NCBI RefSeq assembly: GCF_000150275.1 | Contig: NW_002060947.1 | Coordinates: 790,695 to 854,694 of the forward strand | Length of the DNA: 64,000 bases | Origin: Trichoplax adhaerens | Taxonomy: Eukaryota; Animalia; Placozoa | Direction: 5' to 3' | Shown: piece after piece, positions 45,176 to 61,800 of the stretch | Layout: every line of letters begins with the position of its first letter | Position numbering within the stretch: position 1 is the first letter of the stretch | The notes under the pieces: model-generated | Seen by the model: the letters and a program-made list of their open reading frames with translations, nothing else | Told to the model about the DNA's origin: nothing | Database searches by the model: none | Made by a program: the position numbers and the translations under genes

Positions 45176-48100
45176 ATGGAAGTTCATGAAGATACTTCGC
45201 AGGTTGGTACAAGTATTCCAGTTGTATAGGCGAACAACTGTTGAATATGAATCGATGTAATCTCAAGAATTATTTTACTCAATCCTTCTTGTACCCAACT
45301 CGGTTCAAATTGCAAGTGATGGTTTAGCTGCTTGTTTGGAGTCAGTTTAGTAGCCTACGGTTGTTGTGAAAAGTAAAGTCTAAGTCATAATAGATCCATT
45401 TTTTTTCAGCTGCTTGATGAGTTGGATTGAGAGAAACGATCTTTAAACAACGTCATTTTCTTACTTGATCATCGTTTTAAAGGCAAATCAGTCACGTTGA
45501 TGAATTAGTATAGTGTAGAAAGTATGATAGACTGTAGTTGGCGTAAAACGGATAAAGTAAGCCCTTCCCGATTGGCTAAAAAAGAGAAAAGAGAAATATA
45601 AAATGACTGTTTTACAGTTTTAGTTATGGTCAATTCTACTTTTATAGCTATTCAATAATCATGATATGAAGAGAGGCTAGGACTTGATCACACTATTGTA
45701 CTTGTAAAGTAATGAATGATGAAAATACGTAGACTTTACTATCGCTTGACAAATATTGGCACTACACAGCAGGCGTATGAAAAAAAAAACTAATAGCCAT
45801 CGATAGTAATCGTACTGTTTTCTTTGATAACACCTTTTAGAAATCGCCTGATGAAATGGACGAAAACAAGCCTGAGACGCCAGTTACTGGTACTGATCGA
45901 AAATCCTTGACATATTCAAGTTATTTAAAGGTATGATCAATTTGTAACAATGCAAGTTTGCTATTTCATTGCGCCGACGATAAACCATTGGATTGATTAA
46001 TTAATTCTTATCAATCATATGGCTAAGTTTCTGTACCATAACTATACAGAGCTTTTAGCGGGGATCTTTTTCAATTTTCTAGTTATTAATTTGATCAACA
46101 AATTACCTCAACGTGTAATAATTATAATCGAAACTGTAATATTGCATCCAACTTGATTTCCTACTCGTCCGAATGATCCCAATATCAGATGACTTTTGTC
46201 AAATATCAGCGTTGATGCTAATGATGAACGAGAATCAACACAATGAGTAAACAACGACGATCCTTAGCCTGCTTGTGTAAATAGTTCTGATTCTCTGTCA
46301 TATTCACTACCTTTAACTGCTAAATATTGTCATACAGTTATCGTCAGTCATTAGAGTTATATCGTTGCTTAGCAATGTGGCTTGATTGAAATCAGAAATA
46401 AATTGTTTTACACTGATTTTACCTAACCAATACATACATGTACACTAATAGCAAGTGGAATGGATACTGTACTGTAGTAAATATGAAGGTGCGAATCGTT
46501 ATTGCTCCGTTTCGTATTGGCTTTACTTTGATTCATGACCACACGATCATCATATGGAACCAGCTGACTTCCGTAAAGTAGTTAATATAAATTGATCGAT
46601 TCTGCCTAATTATTATATAATTACTGAATCATTAAATTAATAATTGTATTCAAACTTGACTGGCATCTATTGGATGATTTCTTTAATTCCAGTCAGCCGT
46701 CACAAGTTTTATACAAATTGTTGACGTATCTTATTTACTTCTCAACAGGTAGATAGCTTACTAGAATTTCAAAAAACACTTACGCCAGTTCATGATGAAC
46801 ATTTATTTATTGTTGTGCATCAAGGTAAGCATGTTGATGATATACTTATTATAGTGATTATTTTCTTGATTATGATCTGCGATGATTTGATAGCATCAGC
46901 ATGGTTAAATGAGTATTTCCATTGTAGTATATATTCGATATTAAGTAGGCATCGAATCGTTATTGTAATAGTAGAGTTCTATCCTGTTTTGCTAACATGG
47001 ATGACTGTATGTTATTACATTATGGAGCACTAGACGTTAGGTCAGTGAACACTAAGTCATAATCTGCACGGGAAGCGTCCCGAGCAAAGCTTGATTCGAC
47101 TGTACTCGTTTTACAGCGGGTATTAGGAAGCTAATTATTATGAGTATTGGAAACTAATAGTATGGCTACACCTTGTAGCCTATAAAATTAGTGTACGATG
47201 AATAGGATATACAGTAGCCTTATGGGCAGCGGCCACTTTTTACTGTGCTTTAATCTACCATTATTTTGTGATTTGGGTATTGAGGTTGGCATTTTGCTTA
47301 CTAGCTATCCTCCGGCAGATTGTGTATCAGTAAAAGTTCTGTACATGCCGAAAGTGCATATCAATTTTTTCGAAAAATTCTATGATTTATAAGATAGTAT
47401 CACACTCATTGCACAAATTTTACACCTTATCCATATAGTAATAAATTTAATGAAATTCTTCAGTTGTGATATAAATTCCAAGCTAGGGACTCAGTAGGGA
47501 CTCTGTTGTAGGTAACAATTACTTGATTAATAAAACAACTGTCAAACTGATTTTACTGCCATGCTGAATTAGGCAGTCCAAATACAGTACTATAGGGTTA
47601 TGCTCCTGTTTTAGAGATAAATGAAAATGTAGGCTATCATAAATTTATTAAGAAGCTAGTAGTCCCACAAATCGAAGGCACTAATATCGGAATACCGTTG
47701 ATGAGGTTGATCACTGATGATCTCTCGAAGATAACCTACATTTTTAATTGCTGTTGTACTTGCTTCTTATAACTTACTGTAAGGTCGTTGTCTGGTGCAT
47801 TAAACATTAACCAAGTACAATTATAGTTGTAGTCTCTTTGGTGCTTTAGGCCAGAGCTTAAATATTGAATTGTAGAATAGCCCTTCCAAACTTAAAATCA
47901 AAGTTGTGTTTTAATTATGATTGCTGTATAATAATATTTTAACAATCTTCTGACTGTTATAGCTTTATTACTGTATCCTTTTCAGTATTCGAATTATGGT
48001 TCAAGCAGATAATATACGAACTGGATGCTGTTTGTAAAGCAATGGATGTTGAGGTAAAGTGACTTAAAATAACTGTAACTTACGGTTACTATTTAAAAAT

Positions 48101-51100
48101 GCCGTCCAATTTTAGACTCGGCAATAATCAGTGATATGTAACCAATCAAGTGGTGAGCTCTAGTCTACTTTAACGAAGCTATACTCGCCCATAAGTTTAC
48201 ACTATTTCGTCACATTACCTGCAATTTCGACTTCGATTACAAGTGCATACGATAGTGCAAGATTTTAAGGATGATTTGTATCAAATTCGTAATTTACAAA
48301 GTTTACTATTAAGTATTGGAACTATTAAGTGTAGTATCTTTAATTTGATCATTAAAATATATATATATATATACATTTTGGACCCATGCATTCTACTATT
48401 TGAAATAATATAACTCGGTATAAATTTTCTTCGACATTTCTAGTGCAAAATGTTATGCAAGCATAATTAAACTGTACTGCTATTTCTTCTAAATCTTTCT
48501 TGTTTTTAGTGCATTAACGATATTAACTTGCTAGTTATTACTGTAAGGACATCCAGAATCGTAAGAATTTTGAAGGTATATTATGATTATCATACACGTG
48601 TATGAGTCTTTCGGTTTAAATTTGCTTTATTGACTGATATTTAATATGTCATCCTATCATTTCTAACAGCTGATGCTTAAACAATTTACGGTTCTTGAAA
48701 CTATACCTGTAACCGATTTTGAAAATTTAAGGTAAACCTCTTTAATACTGGATAGCACTATAAACCAAACATTCTTAAAAGCCATTGCATATGGACTGCA
48801 ATCAAGCTACAGTTTAAAAAAATGCCTCATACATCTTTTTATCACGCTTCCAGTTGGCATAGCATTCCCTTTCTCTCAATTTACAAATTTCATGTTTATA
48901 TCGTAATGTGATTGATGCTTAGAAGTCAAAACTTTACCGCTATTTTGGTATCGTGGCACGCAGTTATTAATCTTTACTAATTCTTAAGATATGCAGTGCT
49001 TTACTGTACTTTCATTGTCATTACTACAATTTTATGTTTAGAATATTATCGTGTAAGACTGTTTGCTTGGTGAAATTATGTATCGATTTTGATTTAAGAT
49101 CAAGTGACATTTATGATATCGATAATCTTCAATTCTCTATTTAGAAATTATATAGGTCCAGGATCTTCTTTTCAAAGTCTTCAGTTTAGATTACTCGAAA
49201 ACATGCTGGGAGTCAAAGATGTGCGTATACATAATTTTATTACCGAGATTATATCTAGCATTATAAGACGAAGTGCGTAATCTATTTACATGTGTTTTAA
49301 GTTAAAGTAAGAGTTTGATATTTATTCTTAATGTATTCTTTTTTAATGCATCGATGTCATTTATATAGAGTAATAGGATGTATGATTCAGGAATGAATTA
49401 CAAGTAAGAAAATCTCATGAACTTAACATTGTTGACAAATGAAGATTCTTTATGATTTATTTGATTAGAATAAATGGCTTATCATTTTAGTATTTAACAA
49501 GCCGGTGATTAACTCTGATATGTAGGAATATATTTAAAGGAAGTGAGCTAGACAGAATTGAGCAATCCGAAAAAGGCCCAACTTTGTTGCAGTTAGTAGA
49601 TGTAAGACAGCTAATGAAAGCATTACCTTATCACTCGCTCAATTAGTCAGTCGTCTGGCTAATTCATGTTGGATTAGCCTCACTTACTTCATTTTGAGTA
49701 ATTATGCAAATTAATGGATTCATTCGATAAATATTGTCCTTCTTAAAGTCTATCATTAAAGTCTGTCCTAAACATATAATTATATTGGTTCTTAGTAATA
49801 CGAAGTACTAATATATCCTTTTACCATAGAGATGGCTTTCTAAGACTCCTGGCCTAGAGAAAGATGGATTCAATTTCTGGTATAAGTATACCAAAGCAGT
49901 TAACTCTTATCTATCTTCGCTACAGGATGAAACTAATGTAATAATCATAAGTTGTTTTTACTGAATTTGTTTTAATTACGATACCTCATTAATATCGAAT
50001 ATTAACTTTATGCTATTTGAATATTTCAGAAAGTTGTAGACCCGGACTTGAGGGAAGAATTAATAGAGGAAAACATAAAAACGGCGGTATGTATCATTTA
50101 CATGGAAACAATTAATACGCCGTATTTCCATAACTGTTCCAACATAACCTCACTGATTCGTAGAGATGATTAATTTGATTAATCCAAATTGTTATTTTTA
50201 TCAAGGAATTGTTCGAAACTATTCTAGTTAGAGAAAAACATGATGAACTGGTTAAAAATGGTAATAAAATTGTATAAATTGTGAGCAATACGTTATATTA
50301 TTGTGCATCTAAAATTTACGGATGTGTAATATAATTATAGATATTCGCATGCTATCCTATAGAGCTATTCAAGGGGCTATATTGATAACTTATTTTCGGT
50401 AATTGATTATACACCTTTCTTCATTTGTGTATTTATGAGTACAGCTCAAGTATATCTTATTTAATCTTTACTTTCACCCTGATATGGATCCAATTTGGAT
50501 TTTCTACTACATAGCACTGAGGCACAGTTAAACCAGCGGTATCATTATTTAGTATTGCTTATGGATCTGGAGACGTATTTAGCACAGTGGCGACGTAAGG
50601 CAATTCTAGATCTGTATAATTCGTTTCCGAATTATTTCCTACTTATAAATTTATTCAATCTCAGTTAAGTACAAAGTCTGCCCATTCATCTTCTGTTAAT
50701 TCTCTTATTGATCTACCAGACAATCTCGTCTTATTAGCCCGTCGCTTTGGAGATCAAGCCAAAAATTACGGCTTTTCTGGTTATCGATACTTCACGTCTA
50801 CTTTTAGGTAACTCACAAGTAGAAGTTAAAAAAGTAACTAAATGCGTATACTCATATGTCAATTACTTAACTCAAAATTGGTATCATAACTGGTGTTTAC
50901 TGTGTATGTTATAATTAAGATCATTGCATTGAACAGTGATTGATAATTTGTAACGTGTTTTTATTATCCATTTAGTAACCGCTATGGAATATTTAATGAC
51001 CTGTTTAATATATCGACTTTCCTTCCCCCAGCAAAATTTTTTCCTTCTCAGAAACCCTCACAAAATAATACCTCTAAAAGAATAATAAATGAGTGGCAAT

Positions 51101-51102
51101 AA
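45176..51102 (+). CDS. TDO-like paralog B (16 exons), intact frame, lacking the proximal heme His and GTGG loop
   Basis: Intron positions and phases match copy A across the conserved core. HDEHLFIVVHQVFELWFKQI, FQSLQFRLLENMLG and WLSKTPGLEKDGFNFW are retained, but the heme region reads WRHNLVLLARRFGDQAKNYGFSGYRYF. Stop at 51100-51102. First exon (MEVHEDTSQ) is inferred. Confidence 0.88.
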
Positions 51103-52242
51103 TTTTATTAGCCTATTAATTTTATAAATTTTGACGTTAATATTGTTATATTTGTTGACATAAACTTACGTTTATAATGCTGAGTCAACGCATGTGTTAA
51201 GTAAAAGTGTTTACCATTGTTGAAGATCTATTTATACTGGAATTGTTTATTATAGGAGCCCACATAATGCACATAATTCTGAAGTATTTAAAAGTGATCA
51301 ATTTAAATCGCGAAAAGCGATACTCGTGTGTCATCGTTTGAAATATTTAATCTCTATTGCATCTGTGAATTATCGCTAAAGCTATATTTTTTCTCTGTAG
51401 TTTTAAGTTTTTTGTTACCCGAGTGATAATAAAGTAACGAGCATCGTCATTTGTCCGAACAACAACATTATTATATAGTATCAAGTCAATCACACTTATT
51501 GTACAAGCTATAGTTGTTTTTCATATAGCTCTTGAATCAGTCATTTATGGCGTAATATAGAACGACAATTGGAATGTTTATGATGAGCATAGTTTAGCTA
51601 CAAAATATCAACCACGATGCGATGCATTTAATTTCAACATAAGCTACATTTGTACTATATGGCTATTAATTCTGGATTGAATACTTACTATATTACGCAG
51701 AAACCGATCAGCTATCGTAAAATATGTTTATGAGATTTATTATGGTATACAAAGGTTGGTCGGTAATGGACAGCAGTAGTTGAACAACTAGCTGTTATAA
51801 GGTTAATTGCATCTCTCTAATGCGAGCGATATTGACAGCAAATAGCCAATATTTACAGCTAAAATGGCTAAAAGAAACGTTGGAAAGGAAAAATTATGCA
51901 CTTTAAAATTAGTAACACAAAACTTCAAATCATAAATACTTTTCTAGTGGATACTAATTTTATCGTAATAAAGGTTATTAAAATGTTACTAAATTGCCAT
52001 TTTTGAGATGCAAACACCGTCTAATACTACATGGTACAGTAATTGATAAAAATCTTTTTTATCAAGCATTATACGCTAATATTACGGTAGTCTTTACAAC
52101 AACAGTAAAACGCCGCACTGCACTTACTTTATATATGATATATATATATATTTATATATTTATGTATGTATATATATAAGAATAAGGCGATCGAAAAATT
52201 ACCGTTACACTACTTTATGTCATTATACACGAAATTTGGTAA

Positions 52243-55427
<3,185 letters not shown>

Positions 55428-55639
55428 TGATGGATAGACGAGTAAAGACACCGATAATCAGCTGGATTCTCCAACCAAAAGGATTTGCTTTGCTCTAAGC
55501 GGGATATGTGTCCGGAAAAAAATTTGCCTGACGTTCTCGACTGCGCAGTGCGCACCTAGCAGTCAATGCAGGTAACTGCTGACTAGTCACCGAGGCGCGA
55601 GGGATACGAGCGATTCATGTTTTGATGTTAGCTTGATTA

Positions 55640-55880
55640 TAGTACACGGACTGTTGTTACAGTAGCAACTTACTTGAGTCTCCTGTACAGTGTGCAGTAC
55701 ATTGTACTGTAAAGTGACATTGAGATCGTACTGTACAGTACAGTGCATACTACCGGAGTGTGCACTGTGCAGTTCGGTAGTGTAGTGTACTGTACTGCAG
55801 TGTAAATGCTGCTGTTTCTCGTAGTGTACTGTACTGTACCTATCCACTCCAAATCCTACAGTACTGTACAGTGTACACCC
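55640..55880. promoter_or_regulatory. TACAG/CTGTA pentamer cluster upstream of centrin
   Basis: Dense GTACTGTACAGTACAG-type runs next to CCGGAA and TGCGCA motifs at 55510-55555. Confidence 0.5.
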
Positions 55881-57092
55881 AATCGAACGTTGGCAGTCGT
55901 TGTTAACGATATGCTGTAATTTATATTATTATATAAATTGAAATTAAAAAGCAATAATTAATTATTATAATTAAATAACTCTCAAATACCATATACAGTA
56001 CTTACTATGCGAGGAAAATTGAGATTTTATGAAGTAAATACTTCTATCTTCTCTATTGAGCGATTGACAACCACCTCATTGAAAGTGATTCATGAATTAC
56101 TGGATACTTTACAGAGTACAGTGTACACTGTACTGTATAGTCCCATAGCAATTCATTCTGCAGGGATATACAGTACAGTAAATTAATGATTATTTTCAAA
56201 CATGGCCACTTTTATGCATCATCAATAGACTGTCATATGTATCCATTGAAATGCAATTTCTGTGCAATGTCTATGCTAATTTATCGACGCGTGCCATGCA
56301 TACAAATGCACAGTAGTTTCAGTAGCTCGCAATGAGCTACCATGAATACTTGGGTTATGAATTGCTATAATGAATCAAAATTCTGTTTTAAAAAAATCTC
56401 GGCTCTAATTTAATTTCAAATAGCAAAGATACTTCATAATCATATCAATATATTACTGCTGAATTCTTCATCAAAGTTATCACAGGAAGATAGCAAACTT
56501 TAACCACTGCTACGCAGTTCTATACGTAGAATGACGTTTCATATGCAACCAAAATGTTTAAAACATCGTACTCCATTGGCGTAGCCAATCCAGGAATGTT
56601 GCGATTGATGAGTGTTGTGGCCGCTGTAGCTTCTGCTGTGACTTTTCTACCGAACCCATAAGAGTAATAGAATTGCAAGCTAGCATACAGCAGTCAAACA
56701 TAAACTTTAGACTATAAATCATGCGTACGTATAGTATTGCAAATGCATCAATATGCATACAATATTGTTATGTCTACAATGGCCATAGACAGTATAGTAC
56801 GGTACATATACGCGTATATATATACACACAATCGTTCCAATAGCATGAATAAAAATATTAGAGCATTACAGGCGATTCACATACAGTGATACATTCAAAG
56901 TCTTCTATCATTACCATTTTGTAATTCATGTTAGTGAATGATAAATTATAACAAATATACTTTAAAAATCATATAGTGTTGCATCTGTGAACAAGCTTAC
57001 TGTCGAGATGATGTATTTACGTGTTTACAGTAACATGGATGCATGTATCGATACTTATATGCTGTACATTATACGGGTACAACTAGACATTT

Positions 57093-57326
57093 TTAGGCAC
57101 CGTCGCCACGAAATTTCCTGTAAATTTCGTTAGCCTTCTGTTTCACATCAGGCACATCATTAGGGTTATGCTGTTCATAATAGATCCCAGTAGCAACACC
57201 AATCATAGCCCCCAAAACCACGGCTTTATTAATATGTGATACAACAACGCCAGTGAGAAGACCTTTTAGGAAAGCAGGATTAATGAAAGACTTCTTGTTA
57301 TTACTATTCTCCCCTTCACCGCTCAT
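57093..57326 (-). CDS. 77-aa membrane microprotein resembling the SLC35A4 uORF product / STMP1-like family
   Basis: FLKGLLTGVVVSHINKAVVLGAMIGVATGIYYEQ..VPDV aligns with the human SLC35A4-uORF protein as recalled (FLKGFLAGYVVAKLRASAVLGFAVGTCTGIYAAQ..VPNV). GxxxG-rich hydrophobic helices; ACAATG start context. Confidence 0.75.
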   Translation of the reverse strand: MSGEGENSNNKKSFINPAFLKGLLTGVVVSHINKAVVLGAMIGVATGIYYEQHNPNDVPDVKQKANEIYRKFRGDGA

Positions 57327-57439
57327 TGTAGTGTCCTTAAGTAGCTATACATTGATATCTTGAACTAGAAGAGATCACCTTCTGTAATGGCGGTCGAGTA
57401 GACGAGGAGTAAAGTCCAATACTTTCCCTTTAATTTAAC

Positions 57440-58700
57440 TTACACGTACTGTACAGTGTACAGTACACTGTACTGTACTTTACTGAACCGAAGGGAAAGA
57501 GAGTGCGCAGTTCCTGGTAGACTGTAGTTTTCGATGCAATGGTTTGGCAAAGTTGAACAAAGCAGTAGAGTACTGTACAGTAGAGTACAGTACTGTACTG
57601 TAGAGCGTGGATGAACGAAATGGACTCTAATTTTACAGTCACGGACTTCTAGATGGCGATCGTATCTATTATACTGTTAAAGTCCATGATATAGTACAGT
57701 ACAGAAAGCTGTAATTTGATGAAGGCGATTGAAATTTCTGCATAGAGTACAGTACAGGTACAGTATGTCCAATAACTCTATTTTTTTACGCCACATACAG
57801 TACAGTACTGTACTGTACCATACTGTAGTCCGAACGAACAGTACAGTACTGTACAGTTCAGTGCCTACAGTACATACACTGTACAGCGTAGACTGTACAC
57901 TGTACAGTCTTCAATGAATCCTTTCATAAAAAGTAGCGCCAAAAAAAATTGCGTCCATGGACGATACTGTTTTGATGTGCTTTGTTTGTTTGCTTAATAA
58001 ATAAATATCATCAATTGAATCATTGCATGATGGATAAAGTAATGTGCATGAACGTGTACCATACGATATGGGCCCATGTAGCAGCAGCAAAATGATGGAG
58101 AATTTCAAGGTTGAATCAGAATACACCGTTATCCACTATACATTACAATATTACTGTTTGTGATATTGACGTTCTCCAAGTCCGATTCATGACAGCACTA
58201 TCCTGCATGAGAAAATAGCCCACATTGCAATCACTCAATGCATGCTCGCTGCCTAGACATGCAGTAATGTACTCCACAAGCAAAGAGTCTACTGACTATG
58301 CAATAGCAATGCCTTGATCATGATGGATGACTTTGCCAAGTAGTTTACCGTCAATCCGAATCTCAATCCTGCAATCAATTAGCAACTTGGAAAATGAGAA
58401 ATTCTTCCATGTCGCCATGATCCGATACATCAAAGGGGATTCAAAATGCAAGTACTGGCCTGTCTTGTGCAGTCTACAGTCATGGACTACGAGTACAGTA
58501 CATTACCGTATTGAACAGGCACAATGTACTGTACAGGTACAGCTCACTGCCACTGATACTGTACAGTACGTACAGTACAGTACAACGGTAATATCACCAC
58601 GGACGTGTACGCTGTACAGTGTACAGTATGTAGCGATCAGTCAGTGATACAGTATGACAGCGGTATGGTACTGTACCGGCGTACAGTACCATACACTGAC
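57440..58700. promoter_or_regulatory. Divergent promoter region (microprotein / PDS5) with multiple TACAG/CTGTA clusters
   Basis: Clusters near 57444-57482, 57564-57602, 57690-57910 and 58487-58690, between head-to-head starts at 57326(-) and 58872(+). Confidence 0.55.
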
Positions 58701-58871
58701 ATTGCTTTGTCCGAAAAATTGGCTCCAAAGTGCCTCGCAAATCGTAACCAAACCTTGTGGTTTAGTGCATTTCCTCCTTGAGCGATATTGCATTCCAAGG
58801 TCAAAATTTGAACATTCGTTATTCAAATTCAACAGGAAATTCCTAAAGTAGAAACGAGAGGTTATCCGACC

Positions 58872-61800
58872 ATGACTAAGCTTGAAGGTTTATCCAAGAA
58901 TGACTTAGTGAAACAACTGAAGGTTAGTTATTAGCAAGTGATTTCACGAGCTGGAAAATTGCAGGGATGATTCATTTTCAATGGGCACAAAGAGTCCAAC
59001 CAATTTCTACTTTCTTCATTGAAAAGGACTCATTTTCCTTTCATTTTGGCAGCTGCATGCCTTATATTGTATCCTATTTTACTTTTTATTTTTTGAAACA
59101 GTTTCCAATCAAAGATTGGACAGAGTTTAGATGTTATATCAAGATACAATTTTATATTATTTATTCGACCAGGCTGCAATGAATGTACATAGACGAGCGT
59201 ATACAGCATATAATATATACAGTGTTGTATTCAGTGAATTTCCAAATAACCACCACCAGTAACATTCGAGCTTCTCTGTATTCCAACGTTTCGCAATATC
59301 TCAAGTGGCTTCTTTAATGTGCACTTGCTCTCATGGCTAACACAGTACTGCTAGATAAAGTCATCGTATTTCTATATCTTAGTAGCTATAGATGAATGTC
59401 ATGAGCAACCAATACATGCATACTGTACAGTACTTTACGGTAATATATCACTACTACACCAATCATAGAAACTCTATCCATATTGGATAGACAGTTTTTT
59501 TCAGTGGGTATCATAAATCACTCAAAGCAGAGCAGATCGTAGACAGCTAAACTTGACTGCTTCTGTAGCAAGAAATGCATCTGTCATTCTTTCAACAAAT
59601 TTTTGTCCCCATCATCTTAGGCTGAATTTCAAAAGTTATCCGATGTTAATCAAGAAAAGTGCGACTTGCAAGAATGGGAAGAATTAGCAGCTTCATTAGG
59701 AACACGACAGATTATGAAACATAAAGACAAGGATGTCAGACTTTATGCAGCATGTTGTTTAGCTGATATCATGAGAATATTTGCTCCTAACGCACCATAT
59801 GATACCAATCTGCAGTCGGTAAGTGAAGGATAGTGACAAAGTTGATTCCTCCCTGGCAGAACTTTACTCCAATATAGAAGTGTAATATAAGATGATAAAA
59901 AACTCTTTATAAAGTTTCCAGCCTGTCAACTTTCTAACCGACGCATTATTACGATATTGAAAGTTAATCCTTTCAACTTCAGCAGGCTTAAACTATTGCG
60001 TTACAGTTGAAAACAAACGTTGCAATGAAATGTAAATTAGCGGTTAAATTAACCTCATTTCCCTCTATGATATGGTTAGGATATCTTATATTTATGGATA
60101 GAGCAACTACGTGGCCTTTATAATCCAAATTCTCAAACTTTTCGAAGACATTATTATATCTTAGAGGTATTAATTGGCATAACCTTCTCTTAGCTTCAAC
60201 AACGTTACTAGCTTGCAATATACTCACTTGACAATGCGATCATGTGTTGTACAGTAGCAGTTCTTTGTAGCTATAAGGCAGGAATACTAATCAAAAATTA
60301 TGCTATCCTGCTAGAGTTTAGCGTACGTTCAAACTTTCAATGTCGCTATTTACATGGAAGCGTATGATGCAATCATTGATCTCTTTCGGCTGTTCTTCGA
60401 AATCATAAGGCAAGTAATATAATCTGTGACTATATAAAGTAAGCTAAACACCAAATTGCGCTAATTTCCACACATAATTTATATTGCTTTCCATCTCCTG
60501 TAGATGTAATAATTCAATACAAGTATAATTTAGTTACAAATTTTATTCCTGTTACTAAAATTATATCTTAAGCAAGGTATCAGCAATAACTATTATATAT
60601 ATCTGAATTAATCAATTTAGCGATGAACATAATTTGAAGGTTGTCAATTGCATGACCATGATCATGAGCTCATTAGTGATCGATAGCGAAGTTATTCCGC
60701 AAAAGCTGTTGGACACTATTTTAATTCAAATCATTGAGCCGAATAAGGTAAACTGATCTTACGCTTTTGCAATTTTACTTGATTATTATCCATTCTGGAT
60801 AATAGCGTATGCTGTAGTTGCAAAGTTGATATTTCTAAAAGCGAATATTTAATCAATAAAATTCTCAACTCTTCTGTACAGAGCCAAAATAAAGCATCAT
60901 ACAATTTAGCCTCTCAACTTATTACCAAAACTGCTACATCATTGGAACCCTATGTTCAAGTGGTATGTTCGATGTCTTACTTAGCTTAAATTTGAAACTG
61001 CCATGACAGTCTACTAGATTACTTGCTAATAGCATGGATAATTTGTTTAGTTTTTTACGAATTGTATGACAAGCGAAAAGGCGTCTGAAAGTGAAGTGTC
61101 CGACAGATTATACGACATCATCTATCAACTTAATAGTATTGCACCTAGCGTATTAATATCTGTCCTACCGCAACTGGAGTATAAACTGAAGGTTTGCAGG
61201 CAAAATATTATCTAGATGAAAAATTAAACGAAAATAACATTTATTGTTAAAGTTCACAATTTGTTCTATTTACATGGAAATCGTTCACAAAAACACTGCA
61301 GAGTAATGAAGCAGACGAGCGTCTTGATGTAACCCGATTACTAGCTAGAATGTTTTCGGATCCTGAATCTGCTGTAGCGAAGGCTGATTCTCCACTATGG
61401 AAATTACTCATTGGAAGGTAAACTGAATAAGCGTATGCTTATATTAACAATATTTCAGCGACACATATTGCCAATAAAGATTAAAACTACTCTGAAATAA
61501 TCTGACTTTTCCATATAGATTTATTGATATTAATGCCAGCGTTCGTATAGAGTGCATTCGATATGCAAAATATTTTTTGGTGTATCACCCTCACTTCGCT
61601 AAAGATACAATAGGTAATTTCTTATTAGCCAGTTATAATATCATAGCTGTTACTGTATATAATAAAATCTAATTTCATAATATACAAAATAGAAAAATTG
61701 ATCGTTCGTAGTCGGGATACCGATGATAAAGTCAGATTAGAGGTTGTAAAGATCATTTCTGAGATTGCCATTGAAAAATTAGAAGCAGTTACGGAAGAGG

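Noticed and set aside
49810-49830. ATATCCTT resembling a U12 donor or branch site in TDO-B (also GTATCCTT near 47973)
   Set aside because: Both lie in the pyrimidine tracts of ordinary GT-AG introns whose donors are U2-type.
55587-58851. ORFs rich in YSTV/VQY/LYC (55587-55852, 57430-57917, 58327-58851; also 3865-4181)
   Set aside because: These are translations of the TACAG/CTGTA arrays, which lack stop codons.
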